Shown: positions 1-10,600 of the stretch, one piece after another
Layout: each line of letters starts with the position of its first letter
Numbering within the stretch: position 1 is the stretch's first letter
DNA from: a virus
Virus record (IMG/VR): IMGVR_UViG_3300042399_002267
Strand: one strand, 5' to 3'
Length of the DNA: 64,000 bases
Position numbers and translations under genes: made by a program
The notes under the pieces: generated by a model
What the model saw: only the letters and a program-made list of their open reading frames with translations
Databases searched by the model: none
Told to the model about the DNA's origin: nothing

Positions 1-1
1 A

Positions 2-103
2 AGATATCCGGGTGTCAGAGGTATTGTTGTACCAGAGTTCAATATGCCTGGTGGTAGATCAAGATTCTTCAGATACATATGGAACCTTGGTACTGGTGGC
101 TAG
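2..103 (+). CDS. 3' end of a gene truncated by the window edge (…RYPGVRGIVVPEFNMPGGRSRFFRYIWNLGTGG*)
   Basis: Open frame from base 2 to TAG at 101-103, just before the next ATG at 107. Less AT-rich than flanking DNA. Confidence 0.55.
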   Translation, partial: RYPGVRGIVVPEFNMPGGRSRFFRYIWNLGTGG

Positions 104-106
104 TTT

Positions 107-763
107 ATGAATTTGATAATTTGTGATTCTAAAAATATACATCTAATAAATAAAATAAAAATAGATGGTAAGAAAAACAAACTAATCATTGTGGGTGATA
201 GAAATAAGAACTTTTATCTGATTTGCAAAAATGTCAAGTTTGTATCATGCATAACTGACATACTTAAATTAAAATCAAAATATCATAAATATATTTTTAT
301 AGATAAAATTCAATATATGGACCCAGAGTTGATAAATAAAATAAAATATTTATCGCCTGGGTCTTTTTATGCTTCAAATTTTTTTGGAGATGACGAATTG
401 TATATCATGCAAGTAATGGGTTTTTTACCAGATATTCTTACTGGCAATTGGCACAATGAATATATAAATAGATGTAACTTATCAAAAACAGATTTAAAAT
501 TTGATTTTTTAGAAAAATATATCTTTACTAAAAATAAAGAAATATTTAATTTTAACAAATACCATACTTTGAATCCAAGAAACATTTTGATTACTAATAA
601 AATAAATAAAGTAAAAAAATGCATAAATGGTACAAAAAATATATCAGATTTTATAAATAAATATCACTCTGAAGAAAAAATTTATCTTTTGGGAAATATA
701 TGGTCCTTAAATGATAATGAGGACCAAGAAGAATATGTCAATAGATTATATAAACTTCGATAA
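107..763 (+). CDS. hypothetical protein
   Basis: 218-aa ORF, ATG at 107, overlaps the next gene. No recognisable motif. Confidence 0.7.
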   Translation: MNLIICDSKNIHLINKIKIDGKKNKLIIVGDRNKNFYLICKNVKFVSCITDILKLKSKYHKYIFIDKIQYMDPELINKIKYLSPGSFYASNFFGDDELYIMQVMGFLPDILTGNWHNEYINRCNLSKTDLKFDFLEKYIFTKNKEIFNFNKYHTLNPRNILITNKINKVKKCINGTKNISDFINKYHSEEKIYLLGNIWSLNDNEDQEEYVNRLYKLR

Positions 764-1370
764 TACAAAATTTCTTATTTCTTCACATGTATCATCATTT
801 GATTATGCACAAAAACTACTTAAAGCATCTTTACTTAAAAATAACATTCCTGAAGAGAATATATATACTGTTGTAGCAGATACTGAAAATAATAAAATTG
901 AAAATAATGTAATTTCAACAGATCATAATTCATACGATCATACAGCAATTATTGAAATTGCAAAAAGAAATATATATTCAAAGTATTGGTTCATTATGCA
1001 TGACACATGTGAATGTGGAAATCAATTTTACAATCTCTTAAAAAATAAAATTATTGTGAAAGATTATGTTGCTATGTCTGAAATGGCTTGGCTAAATATG
1101 GGACTATTTTCAAATAATTTCATTCAAGAAAATAAAAATTATATTTTATCTCTAGAAAATTGCAGCAAAAAGAGAGCTATTTTATCAGAACGTGTTTTTA
1201 GTAAACTTTGTGATTATGACTTTTTCGGGTCACAAAGTGATGTTCAAACTATCAGAAACTGTAAAATTTACAATGATTCTAAAAAAAGAATTGCATTGTA
1301 TTTTCCATATCTTGATTTTTATAAATATCAAAGTTATGAAGCACAAAAAATTATGGAGTTTAAGGAATAA
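735..1370 (+). CDS. putative glycosyltransferase-like protein (GT-A-like)
   Basis: YWFIMHDTCECG resembles the DxD-type strand of GT-A enzymes and it lies next to a GT8-like gene. The start at 735 is chosen over 711. Confidence 0.4.
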   Translation: MSIDYINFDNTKFLISSHVSSFDYAQKLLKASLLKNNIPEENIYTVVADTENNKIENNVISTDHNSYDHTAIIEIAKRNIYSKYWFIMHDTCECGNQFYNLLKNKIIVKDYVAMSEMAWLNMGLFSNNFIQENKNYILSLENCSKKRAILSERVFSKLCDYDFFGSQSDVQTIRNCKIYNDSKKRIALYFPYLDFYKYQSYEAQKIMEFKE

Positions 1371-1373
1371 AAT

Positions 1374-3173
1374 ATGTTTTTACAAGACTGCGAGATTGAG
1401 GATTGTTCCATTGAATATGGAGAATTAGGAATTAATGGAAAAACAGGTTATGAGATTATTCCGTCAGTCAACAGCAATCCAGTATTGCATTTTATTAGTG
1501 CTCATCCAAAAAGTTATATAAGATTTAAGATATCACCACTATACAGATTCTTCTCTTGTCAGATAGCGCTCAATGATTCTTCGGACAATGATGCTTTAGC
1601 TAGTTTTGAAATTAAAGTGGACGGAGAAACAAGTTTTTATTCTAGAAATTTACCTAAGAATAAAATACAGACTGTGCAAATTTTTCTCAATGAAAACACT
1701 ATTATTGAATTATTCTGTGAATATTCTGGAACAAGTATTTGTCATGGATTATGGATTCAACCAGAACTTTTTCAAAATCCACCAAAAAACCTAATTGATG
1801 CTTTTCAAACTTCTCTTATATCAACAAGAAAATATTTTGATGAAAAACTAGACTATTGTATAGCATGTTATTTTGATGAAAATAATTTTAAGTACTTTAA
1901 GTATTTTCATGAAAATATTATGAGGCATACAAAACTAAACCTTGAATTTATTGTTTTTTGTGAAGACTATTACCCTGAAATAAAAGAATTTTCAAGATCG
2001 ACAAATACAAGATTTATTAAAATTTCTGATATTTATCATGAAAAAATAATAGAAAAAAACAAAAGAGGTTTCTTAAATAAAGCATCTCTTTTTTCTATAG
2101 CAAAATTTATTAATTCAAATAAATATTTATTAATTGATGTAGACATTGTAACAACTAAAGATATCAAAGAAATATTTGATGTTATTGAAGATGAGGAAAC
2201 TTTGTATGTAACTAGAGATGCTCATACTGAAGGACTTACCTTTGGAGAGATTGTTACTGAACCTTGGAGCGCATATGAAGGCACATCAAAATGCAAAGAT
2301 ATTTTGAAACTTACTCCAGAAGAATGCGCCTCTGAGCTAATTCTTAATTCTGGAGTTATTGCTGGTCACCGCAAAGCTATACTTGGTTTAGAAAGTGAAC
2401 TTTACAAAATGTTACCACTTTCTAGATTTTATTTTGACGAAAACTCAAATTGTGGGCTTAGAGAACAAGCTGTTGTTAATTTAGCAACCATTAGATATGA
2501 GAAATACAAAATACTGCCTAAAAAATACAATCTGCAAGTTCTTTGGGAAGAAATAATACTAACACAAGAAGATGAAAAAATAAGTGCTATATCAGAAGAT
2601 TTCGAGCCTCTTTTCGTTCACTTCAATGGACCAGGTGCTAAAAATGATTTGAGAAAAATTTACAATGACCTTTCAGTTCTAAATGATTTTAAATATTCAA
2701 AAGAAAAAATTGGGAGAGATTTATCTAAAATTTTTGAACACAAAAATAATATAAAAGTTCTTGATGTTCAAACAAATGAAACTATCAGTCAAAGCCTCAA
2801 AAATACTTGCAAAATAAAATGCGAGATTACAAGAATTCTAAATAAAAGAAAAATATTTATTACAGATAATGAAATAACTGAATACTCAATAAAAGATTTA
2901 TATTCGGAAATGAAGAAAATTTCAACTGAAGAAACTTTTGATTTGATTATTGTTAGTAATTTAGAATCCAAACACAACATTCTTACAAAAATGCTGTTAG
3001 CCACGAGAATGCTCAATGATGGATATATTTGTTTCAATGAGTATGACTATGCTGAATCAAAAATAGAGACAATAATGAAAAATAATTCGATATCTAGTGA
3101 ATACAAAATAGAATTTGAAAAACAAGAAAATATAAATCAAAAAATTTATCTTTTGAGAAAAATATGCAATTAG
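1374..3173 (+). CDS. NPCBM/NEW2-like carbohydrate-binding domain fused to a GT8-like glycosyltransferase
   Basis: N-terminal HFISAHPKSYIRFKI…FSCQIALND…ASFEIKVDGE (NPCBM-like). Middle region has LLIDVDIV (DxD), LNSGV, EQAVVN, KKYN and FVHFNG (GT8-like). The C-terminal domain looks degenerate. Confidence 0.6.
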   Translation: MFLQDCEIEDCSIEYGELGINGKTGYEIIPSVNSNPVLHFISAHPKSYIRFKISPLYRFFSCQIALNDSSDNDALASFEIKVDGETSFYSRNLPKNKIQTVQIFLNENTIIELFCEYSGTSICHGLWIQPELFQNPPKNLIDAFQTSLISTRKYFDEKLDYCIACYFDENNFKYFKYFHENIMRHTKLNLEFIVFCEDYYPEIKEFSRSTNTRFIKISDIYHEKIIEKNKRGFLNKASLFSIAKFINSNKYLLIDVDIVTTKDIKEIFDVIEDEETLYVTRDAHTEGLTFGEIVTEPWSAYEGTSKCKDILKLTPEECASELILNSGVIAGHRKAILGLESELYKMLPLSRFYFDENSNCGLREQAVVNLATIRYEKYKILPKKYNLQVLWEEIILTQEDEKISAISEDFEPLFVHFNGPGAKNDLRKIYNDLSVLNDFKYSKEKIGRDLSKIFEHKNNIKVLDVQTNETISQSLKNTCKIKCEITRILNKRKIFITDNEITEYSIKDLYSEMKKISTEETFDLIIVSNLESKHNILTKMLLATRMLNDGYICFNEYDYAESKIETIMKNNSISSEYKIEFEKQENINQKIYLLRKICN

Positions 3174-4642
3174 AAATTCAAAAATATCTTAGATCTGGAA
3201 AAAATATTCAAGATCTTATATGGGAATACGATCTTCAAGCTTTTTATTCTGATCAATATCCAGATTTAGTATGTTTTGATTATTCAATAATATCACCTAA
3301 ATCAGAAAAAATAGTTCAAGAAGCTAGAGGTTTAGTATTAAAAAAACAAAATTGGGATGTTGCCTGTATATCAATGCCAGCATTTGAATATTTTAATGAA
3401 GATTTTGAATATTCAAATGCAAGAGCTTTAGAAAAATATGATGGCTGTTTGGTGATTCTTTTTTATTATGAAAATGAATGGATAACTGCTACTAGATTTT
3501 CAGTTGATGGCGATTGTTATGTAGCATCTGCATACACAATTGAAAAAAAGCTAAAATGGAAAGAGTTATTTTATCAAGCAATATATGATATGGGTTTTGA
3601 AAAAGATTATTTTCTTAACTCGTTAGACACAAATAAATGTTATAGTTTTGAACTATGTTCAAATGTAAATAAAAATATTGTAATTTACGATGATACTTTT
3701 GTAAAATTAATTTCAATAACTAATAAAAATACTTATATTGAAGAAAATATATTTAATAATAAACTATTTCTCAATATTTTTTCAGATTTTTTACCTAACA
3801 GTTTTTATATCAACTCAAAGAATGATGTAAACACTTATTTAGAAAAAAATCATCCTGGTTTTTCTTTAGAGGGTTTAGTGCTCTTGGATGAAAAATTTAG
3901 AAGAATCAAAATTAGAAATAAAAATTATGATGCGATAACTTCTACTGTGGCTCTATCAAACGAAGAAAAAGTTGAAGATTATATCCAAAATTTAATAAAA
4001 GCAGTTTCCCCGCCAATTGAAAGTTTAAAATATTGTTACACGTACCCTCTTGACCCCACTCAAAGAATTCTTTGCAATTCTGATACTATACCACTACCAT
4101 CAGGAGCATATCTTATATCTTTCAATAATGCTGATTGTACCACATGTGATAATACTATGCTTTTCTCATGGTGTCGAGACAATGGTGATGGTACTCAGAA
4201 CTGTGTTGGAGGGTCTATTTCAGCACCCTATGACCCTGGCTATCTTAACGGTACTTACACAATAGATCAATATGCCGGTCCATATTTAGATTTGAATTGT
4301 GATGGTACTTGTCTTTCATATGAACTACCTCCTGGAGAATTATCAATAATGTCTACCAAGACAAAGGGATGTACATCAAGTTGGATTCCAAAAAAACAAT
4401 CAGATGACCAACCAGTAGCTTCGTCAATAATTGAAATAAGCCAATGGTTTAGAAATCAATTTATGAAGTATAAGTCTGGAGATACAGAGAGTAAAGAAAA
4501 AATGTTAAGTGTATGGGAGTTGGCATTCTACCAAATGAATGAAGGTAAAGGAATTACAACTATTCTAATCAACTCTTCATTAGAAGAACAAATGAATGCA
4601 ATACAGAAATACAATGATATGAGCAGAAGAAATCTGCTTTAA
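3164..4642 (+). CDS. RNA ligase (T4 Rnl1-like nucleotidyltransferase) with a Cys-rich insertion
   Basis: Motif I EKYDG, WITATR, YSFEL, motif IV EGLVL, motif V RIKIRN, and the N-terminal EARGLVL typical of Rnl1-like phage ligases. Confidence 0.75.
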   Translation: MQLEIQKYLRSGKNIQDLIWEYDLQAFYSDQYPDLVCFDYSIISPKSEKIVQEARGLVLKKQNWDVACISMPAFEYFNEDFEYSNARALEKYDGCLVILFYYENEWITATRFSVDGDCYVASAYTIEKKLKWKELFYQAIYDMGFEKDYFLNSLDTNKCYSFELCSNVNKNIVIYDDTFVKLISITNKNTYIEENIFNNKLFLNIFSDFLPNSFYINSKNDVNTYLEKNHPGFSLEGLVLLDEKFRRIKIRNKNYDAITSTVALSNEEKVEDYIQNLIKAVSPPIESLKYCYTYPLDPTQRILCNSDTIPLPSGAYLISFNNADCTTCDNTMLFSWCRDNGDGTQNCVGGSISAPYDPGYLNGTYTIDQYAGPYLDLNCDGTCLSYELPPGELSIMSTKTKGCTSSWIPKKQSDDQPVASSIIEISQWFRNQFMKYKSGDTESKEKMLSVWELAFYQMNEGKGITTILINSSLEEQMNAIQKYNDMSRRNLL

Positions 4643-4676
4643 ATTAAATTATTAAATTTAAAGCTTTAATTTAAAG
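4636..4676. repeat. AT-rich nested inverted repeats at the end of the ligase gene
   Basis: GCTTTAAATT (4636-4645) pairs with AATTTAAAGC (4655-4664), and CTTTAAATTAAA pairs with TTTAATTTAAAG (4665-4676). Confidence 0.4.
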
Positions 4677-4699
4677 TTAAATATATATTCCCTAATATC

Positions 4700-4724
4700 G
4701 GGTGTACAAAAACAGAAAACAGAA
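4700..4724 (+). promoter_or_regulatory. candidate phage late promoter (GGGT-N16-CAGAA)
   Basis: Same spacing as five other AGGT-N16-YARWA sites, with one mismatch. Directly upstream of the gene at 4733. Confidence 0.35.
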
Positions 4725-4732
4725 AAGAGGGT

Positions 4733-5122
4733 ATGAAAATGGATAGATTGATCAACACTTTGAAGAAGGCAAGCACTAAAGTGGCACAGATAAGACCTGA
4801 TTTAGCCACTGATATTAACTATGCTGTCAATGACTTATCTGACACCAAAGATCCATCTACAATGATAGAATCTTATGCTAAACCTACAAGCAATATAACT
4901 GTCAAAGATAACAATGGAATTGTGCATAGTTTTTCAGTTGAAATTAAATCTGATAAAAACAGTTCAATCCCTGACACAGAACTAATGTCAAAGATTCTTC
5001 AAGCAATAGAAGGACATAGCGTTTCTGAATTTGACAATACTAATGAGTTTTCCACAGGGTCTCCGCAAAAGTTTGAGGTTGTCTCTTTTAAATATGAAAG
5101 AAAAGAAGAGAGAGGCAAATAG
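4733..5122 (+). CDS. hypothetical protein, possibly head-associated
   Basis: 129 aa, SD-like GAGG. N-terminus LKKASTKVAQ carries the motif seen in head proteins. Confidence 0.7.
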   Translation: MKMDRLINTLKKASTKVAQIRPDLATDINYAVNDLSDTKDPSTMIESYAKPTSNITVKDNNGIVHSFSVEIKSDKNSSIPDTELMSKILQAIEGHSVSEFDNTNEFSTGSPQKFEVVSFKYERKEERGK

Positions 5123-5127
5123 TCCTG

Positions 5128-5142
5128 TACAATAGCCTTATG
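5128..5142 (+). promoter_or_regulatory. candidate leaderless -10 element (TACAAT-N6-ATG)
   Basis: TACAAT at 5128-5133, exactly 6 nt before ATG 5140. No SD and no clear -35. Confidence 0.4.
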
Positions 5143-5688
5143 GATGAAGATGAAATTAAAACCCTAAGGCATAGCTTCACAAGCAAAGAAGATGCTGGAA
5201 AAGTCAAAAAAAATCAGTTTGGTCACACTGTTCTTGGAAAAAGTCAAGATTTAGATATTTCTAAAACTCAAGTTGAAATTAATAATTTGGGTGAAGTTGA
5301 GGCTAACTATACTGAAAGTATTTTGACAAATCCAGCATTTCTAAGCTTGATTAATGCATTAGAAAAAAAAGAAACAAACTTTTCTGATCAGAATAATCAA
5401 GTTTCAGACTTTAAACCCAATAGTGTAAATTTAGCTGACTTACTCAATGAACTTGATGAAATGGATGGCACTTCTAAGAAAAAATTAGAATCATCGTCTG
5501 ATAGTTCTAATCAATCTATTGATCATATGAAATCTTGTTTGAACAAAGATTGTCTTTACTGTCTTCCTAAAGAGGCTAAATTTTGTCTCAAGTGTGGCAC
5601 TGCTCAAATGCCAAAATTTTGTACTGAATGCGGATTTAGTTTTCCCTCTATGGAAAAGTTCTGCCCTGACTGTGGCAAGAAAAGATAG
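5140..5688 (+). CDS. double zinc-ribbon domain protein
   Basis: C-terminal CLNKDC…FCLKCG…FCTECG…FCPDCG. Confidence 0.8.
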   Translation: MDEDEIKTLRHSFTSKEDAGKVKKNQFGHTVLGKSQDLDISKTQVEINNLGEVEANYTESILTNPAFLSLINALEKKETNFSDQNNQVSDFKPNSVNLADLLNELDEMDGTSKKKLESSSDSSNQSIDHMKSCLNKDCLYCLPKEAKFCLKCGTAQMPKFCTECGFSFPSMEKFCPDCGKKR

Positions 5689-5711
5689 GTATTCAGCATA
5701 TAAATCTAGTA
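5687..5711 (+). promoter_or_regulatory. candidate phage late promoter (AGGT-N16-TAGTA) for the neck/tail operon
   Basis: AGGTATTCA gcatataaatc TAGTAA in the gap before 5722. Confidence 0.45.
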
Positions 5712-5721
5712 ATTCTTTATT

Positions 5722-6405
5722 ATGAAACAATCTTGGTTGTCAATTGCTAGAAAATGCACAGCTCTCAGAAAACATGTACTAAGGGTCGATCTTTGTGTAT
5801 TCATTGATGATGAAGAAGCTTTTTCTAATGAAAATTACTTAAACTCTACAATAAAATCAATTTTATTAGCTGGTGTAGCAAAGGGTTTAGATATAATTGG
5901 AATTCTCACTCCTAACAATTCAGCCATAGGATACAGAGCAGCTCAGATAGCCAAACAACAACAGATGGATATCACAGTTATTCCTGGACAAACTTATTTA
6001 TGTGCTGAAAAAGAAGAGTTATACATATACAAGTATACAAAACCATTACCTCTGGGATTAACTATTGATAAAGTTTGCAAAGCTGTTCATGATGTAAATG
6101 GTTTTGTTGTAGCATCAAATATAAGTAAAAGAAAAGCTCAAACATTGGAAAAATTACAAGGAAGTGAATTTGCACCAGATGCAGTTGAGATATTCAATGC
6201 TAAAGTTGGTGGATACAGAGATTTGAATATTGATTTCCCTAAATTTGTTTCTTCAGGAGCGACATCAGCTACTGACTTAGAAAATACAAATGTTTTCACT
6301 CTTCTTGACAGAAAAGATGCAGAAGAAATGAAACTCTTACAGCCTGAAGAAGGCATAGATTTTGTACCTAAATACTTAAATCCACAAGGAGTTCAAAATG
6401 GCTAG
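5722..6405 (+). CDS. degenerate PHP-domain protein (metal ligands lost)
   Basis: PHP-like pattern VDL…GLDIIGI…VIPG…GFVVA…DAVEIFN…SGA, but the HxH, DH, HP and SDAH ligands are replaced. Confidence 0.6.
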   Translation: MKQSWLSIARKCTALRKHVLRVDLCVFIDDEEAFSNENYLNSTIKSILLAGVAKGLDIIGILTPNNSAIGYRAAQIAKQQQMDITVIPGQTYLCAEKEELYIYKYTKPLPLGLTIDKVCKAVHDVNGFVVASNISKRKAQTLEKLQGSEFAPDAVEIFNAKVGGYRDLNIDFPKFVSSGATSATDLENTNVFTLLDRKDAEEMKLLQPEEGIDFVPKYLNPQGVQNG

Positions 6406-6895
6406 ATCATACTGCGGAACAAATGATGTCAAAAGATATTTACCACCCAATGTAGTTACAGAGGGTGAAAATCCAATACCTAATTTCAGAAACCCATCAC
6501 CTGAAACAGCTTCTAATATAGACCTAGATTTTTTCATTCAACAAGCTTCAGCTGACATTGATGCAAATCTTGCTACCCAATATGATGTACCTTTAAAACA
6601 AGTAAATATTGGTGGTGAAGTTAGTTATCCACATCCTATACCTGTTGTTTGTGCGATACTTGCTGCTCAAATGTACTATTCGCAAGCATTACAAGGTGCA
6701 GATAAACAGTTTTCAGAAGCGCAAAAAGAAAGATTTGATTTCGCTCAAAATCAACTAATTAGAATTCAAAATGGCGAGATTAGATTATTTGGTCAAAGAA
6801 ATACTCGCGGTGATAGATTTGTTAGATCAACACTACGTGGAACACCTTTGAACCCAGTTCAAGGTGAAAGAAGATCTAAAGGAAAAAGTCAATAG
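6398..6895 (+). CDS. head-tail adaptor (Mu gp36/DUF1320-like)
   Basis: MxxSYC…DV…IQQASADIDANLATQYDVPL…CAILAA…AQNQLIRIQNGE is the gp36-like signature. Confidence 0.7.
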   Translation: MARSYCGTNDVKRYLPPNVVTEGENPIPNFRNPSPETASNIDLDFFIQQASADIDANLATQYDVPLKQVNIGGEVSYPHPIPVVCAILAAQMYYSQALQGADKQFSEAQKERFDFAQNQLIRIQNGEIRLFGQRNTRGDRFVRSTLRGTPLNPVQGERRSKGKSQ

Positions 6896-6904
6896 GTGAA
6901 TTAA

Positions 6905-7687
6905 GTGCTAGAAAGAGTTTACGATACCTTAATTGCCATTTTATATTACGAATTACCTAAAGATAATTATGGTAAAGTGGTATCTTATGACAGACCTATA
7001 ACTGCATGGTATATTGGTCAAAGAGATATAAAAAATAATAATCTCTCTGTGACCCTTAAGGGAGCAAGCAGTCCATTAAAAGACATTGGCTTGGGACTTC
7101 AAGAATTTTCTCATTCAGTCACATTTGAAATTAATGCTGGTGCAGATAATATATCTATTACTGAAAGATTAGTTCAAGAAACAACTAGATTAATTTTGGC
7201 TTCTTTGAGAAAACATCGACGTATATGGGTAGTGGAATATTGCCCTATTTGTGCAAAGTTTGCCTTATCTCCTGAACATTTTATTCAAGACCATAATGAT
7301 ATTTTAGCAACGTATGTCACTGGTGTTGTAAATGATTACAACAGCTTGTGGGCAGAAACTCACCCAGCAAATATCACACCAGCAGAATTACCAAACTCAG
7401 CCAAAGCTACAGAATCATTTTTGAGAATGTACGAAGATGTAAGAAATAACGTGGTTGTTGCCAACTTGCCTTTGACCGCTAAGAAAAATATACTAAAGAT
7501 GCAGTCTGATCTTGTTGAACCAATAAGAATTATGTATGATTGCGTGGCAAACACTTCAACTCCATCCGATGACGCTACCGGACAAGCTTTATTTAGGAAT
7601 GGCACTATTACTCTTGAGCTTAAGGAATTGATAAAGCAGGACAGTTATGGTCCTGATAATGTTCCTATTACAGCGATTAAAAAATAA
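6905..7687 (+). CDS. putative tail completion/terminator protein
   Basis: GTG start, follows the adaptor, neck-protein-like alpha/beta pattern. Internal CPIC…H…H. Confidence 0.4.
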   Translation: MLERVYDTLIAILYYELPKDNYGKVVSYDRPITAWYIGQRDIKNNNLSVTLKGASSPLKDIGLGLQEFSHSVTFEINAGADNISITERLVQETTRLILASLRKHRRIWVVEYCPICAKFALSPEHFIQDHNDILATYVTGVVNDYNSLWAETHPANITPAELPNSAKATESFLRMYEDVRNNVVVANLPLTAKKNILKMQSDLVEPIRIMYDCVANTSTPSDDATGQALFRNGTITLELKELIKQDSYGPDNVPITAIKK

Positions 7688-10600
7688 TGAGCACTGTTAC
7701 ACGAAAAGGATTAGAATTTATTGTAAATCAAATTGGGAAAGCAAAATATGTTTTCAAAGATTTGATTGGCGACACTACTTACATTCGTGGAAACAGATTA
7801 GAATTTGAAAAAACATTATTGAGATTAAAAGGCTCTTCTGTTTTTAATGATTACGATTTATCAAAAAAAGATCCAGATGGAATTATAAAATCTAATTTTA
7901 CAACCTTTGATGCAACAGATAATGTTGGTTTTGCAATTCAAGGCGGAAAAATTGTAATTGATTCCAAGATTTCATCTTTTTATAACTCTGGCTCCTGGAC
8001 TCCACAAAATTATAGCCCACCATCTACAGAAGGATGGTATATATATGATTACAATGCATGGTCAAATTATATTCCAAAGTATGATTCTTCAGGTATAGCA
8101 AATTCAAATTATGTGATATACCAATTTCCTTCAGTAATAGAACCAAACTCCGGATCAGGTAGAACAACTTTTGAATATCCAATAAGATATAATGGTTCGG
8201 CGTATTCTAGAGTTCAAACTTTCAACAGTGCTAGATGGATTTCTTTTAAAAATACTTCAGGCTCATCTAAAACTGAAATAAGAGCAATTGTCCCTAAATC
8301 TACTTTTGATGGATTATTAAACGTAAATCCTTTTAATAATAAACCACTTGACTTGGGTATATATTCTCACAGTTACTTAGTTTCTAACAACATTGATTAC
8401 ACCCTGACATTAGATGGGACAATGGGTGTTTTAGGCAGTTCAGATGTCTTAGATCCATTAGGATTCAATGTTCAAGAATCATCAAGCACTGGTTCAACTG
8501 TAGCAAAAATAAGAGACCACTGGGTGTTTGATATTAATATTCCAGCATCATCCTCATGGATAAATAATTCATGGATTCACTTGGGTTTCTATTGGGGATC
8601 TTATGATACTTATTTTAAGACAGGTTACCCATCTTATTCTGCTGGATCTGCAACATCTTTTGATAAAAATAATATAAACTCATCATGGTATATTTTTAAT
8701 AGAAAAAATTTCTTTGTAAATAATATTAATAATTTTATATCATTTGAAAAAACTGGCATAAATGATACTAATGTTTATGTTTATTCAAATAACAAAACTA
8801 ATAATACTTTTATAGATCAAAAGTACTCATCTCCGAACAATTCATTTAGATATTTATTGAATGAAGATATTACAGGTTTTGCTTCTACTAATAGTTTCTT
8901 AAGTGACAACCTTATTGATAAAGATGAATTTTTACCAGTAATCATTGCATCAAAAAATAAAGGTTTTCAATTTGATAAACCTAACCTTGACTTGACAGTT
9001 TTTCTTGGTTCTCCAATTCCTTTAACAGAAATTCCTAATATCTGGAGTGATTTTAAATACTTCCCTCAAATTAATTCCGATTATGATATTCTTTTTAAAA
9101 TAATATTAGGTTACCCATCAGTTGAAACTTCTGAAATTAACGTTGATAAACTTGATGGAACTTTTGATTCAAATTTAATTTCAATAATTTATATTGAAGA
9201 AAATGCTAAAAATTCTTTTTCTCCTAATATAAATGATGGATCAGTTATAGAGTTTTTCTTACCTGCTGAAATTTCATTTTCAACTTTCATTAGAAATTTA
9301 GAGTTTGATAAGCTTTTTGATGCATTTAGTTTAAATGTAATTCCAAGAATACTTAGATACGATATTGACAAAATAAAAGATCTTAATTCCTTTACCACTA
9401 ACACTGCTAACGCATTCAAATCAATACACAATCTGTCAAAAAATCCATCTGATACATTGTTGCAAAACAATAATGACAGTGAACCAAAAGCTATACAGTT
9501 CTCTAAACAAGGAAGCAATTTAATCAAGATATTTACAGAAGAAGAAACTTCTAAAAATCTTGCATATATAAACAGCAATGAATCTTACATTGTTGATGAG
9601 TTGCTTTATGACAATGCAGAGTTTGAAATTTATCAACAAAAAGACGATACAGAATTAAATCAAAACTTAACTGGCACTAAGTTAGCCAGAGATTACAGTT
9701 TGAAAATAAAATTTGTAAATAAAGATAATACATATTATGTTAAAAATTTATTTATTAACGCATCAAAATATCTTTTGTCTGATGATGAATACTTAGAAAG
9801 ACAAAATAAAAATCTATCCTTATTAGGATATTACAAAAATTCTACTTTGACAGATATTGACGATTATAGAGTTCATGGATATGCAGCAGTAGTTCCTGAT
9901 TTAGAAAGTCAATCTGGCAGATTAATTTCAATGAAAGCAACCTCGCCTTCTGATTCTACAAAAGTTTCAGAATCTGCTTTTGAATCAGCCTTGTTGTTAA
10001 ACAATCCATCATATAGTCCAAGTCAAATATCAAATATAAAATCAGGATTTGCTCTTACTTCCATATTTTATACTGTAGATGAAACAAAATTTGATAATAA
10101 GTTTGTTGGAATTAAAGATTTAGGCATCACTATAAGTGAATACTCTCTAGATATGAAACCCAACTGGATAAATAATACTCTTGGATTATTAGGTTCTGAA
10201 AATGAATCATTTATTGCAAAACCTTTACATATCAAAGATTTAAGATCTGACTCTTTCTTGATATCTGGATTAGGTTACACAGCTACTGATAATTCGTTAA
10301 ATAATTTAGAAAATATTTTTGATCAAACCTTACCAGTGGGATTGGGTTCATCAATTTCACAGCAAACTCATTTAGGTTCAAAAGTTATAGAAAACAATAA
10401 ATTTGCTATTAGAATAAACCCTTTTGCAAATGTAGAGATAAAATCTCTGAAAATAAAATTAAAAAAGACTTCAGAATATTTAAACCCAGATGCAAAAATA
10501 ACAATTCAAATATGGAGTTCAGAAAACAATTTACCTCTGAGCATCATTTATTCAGGTAGTAGTGTAAAATTAGATTCTATAACTAATATTTTTGATGAAT

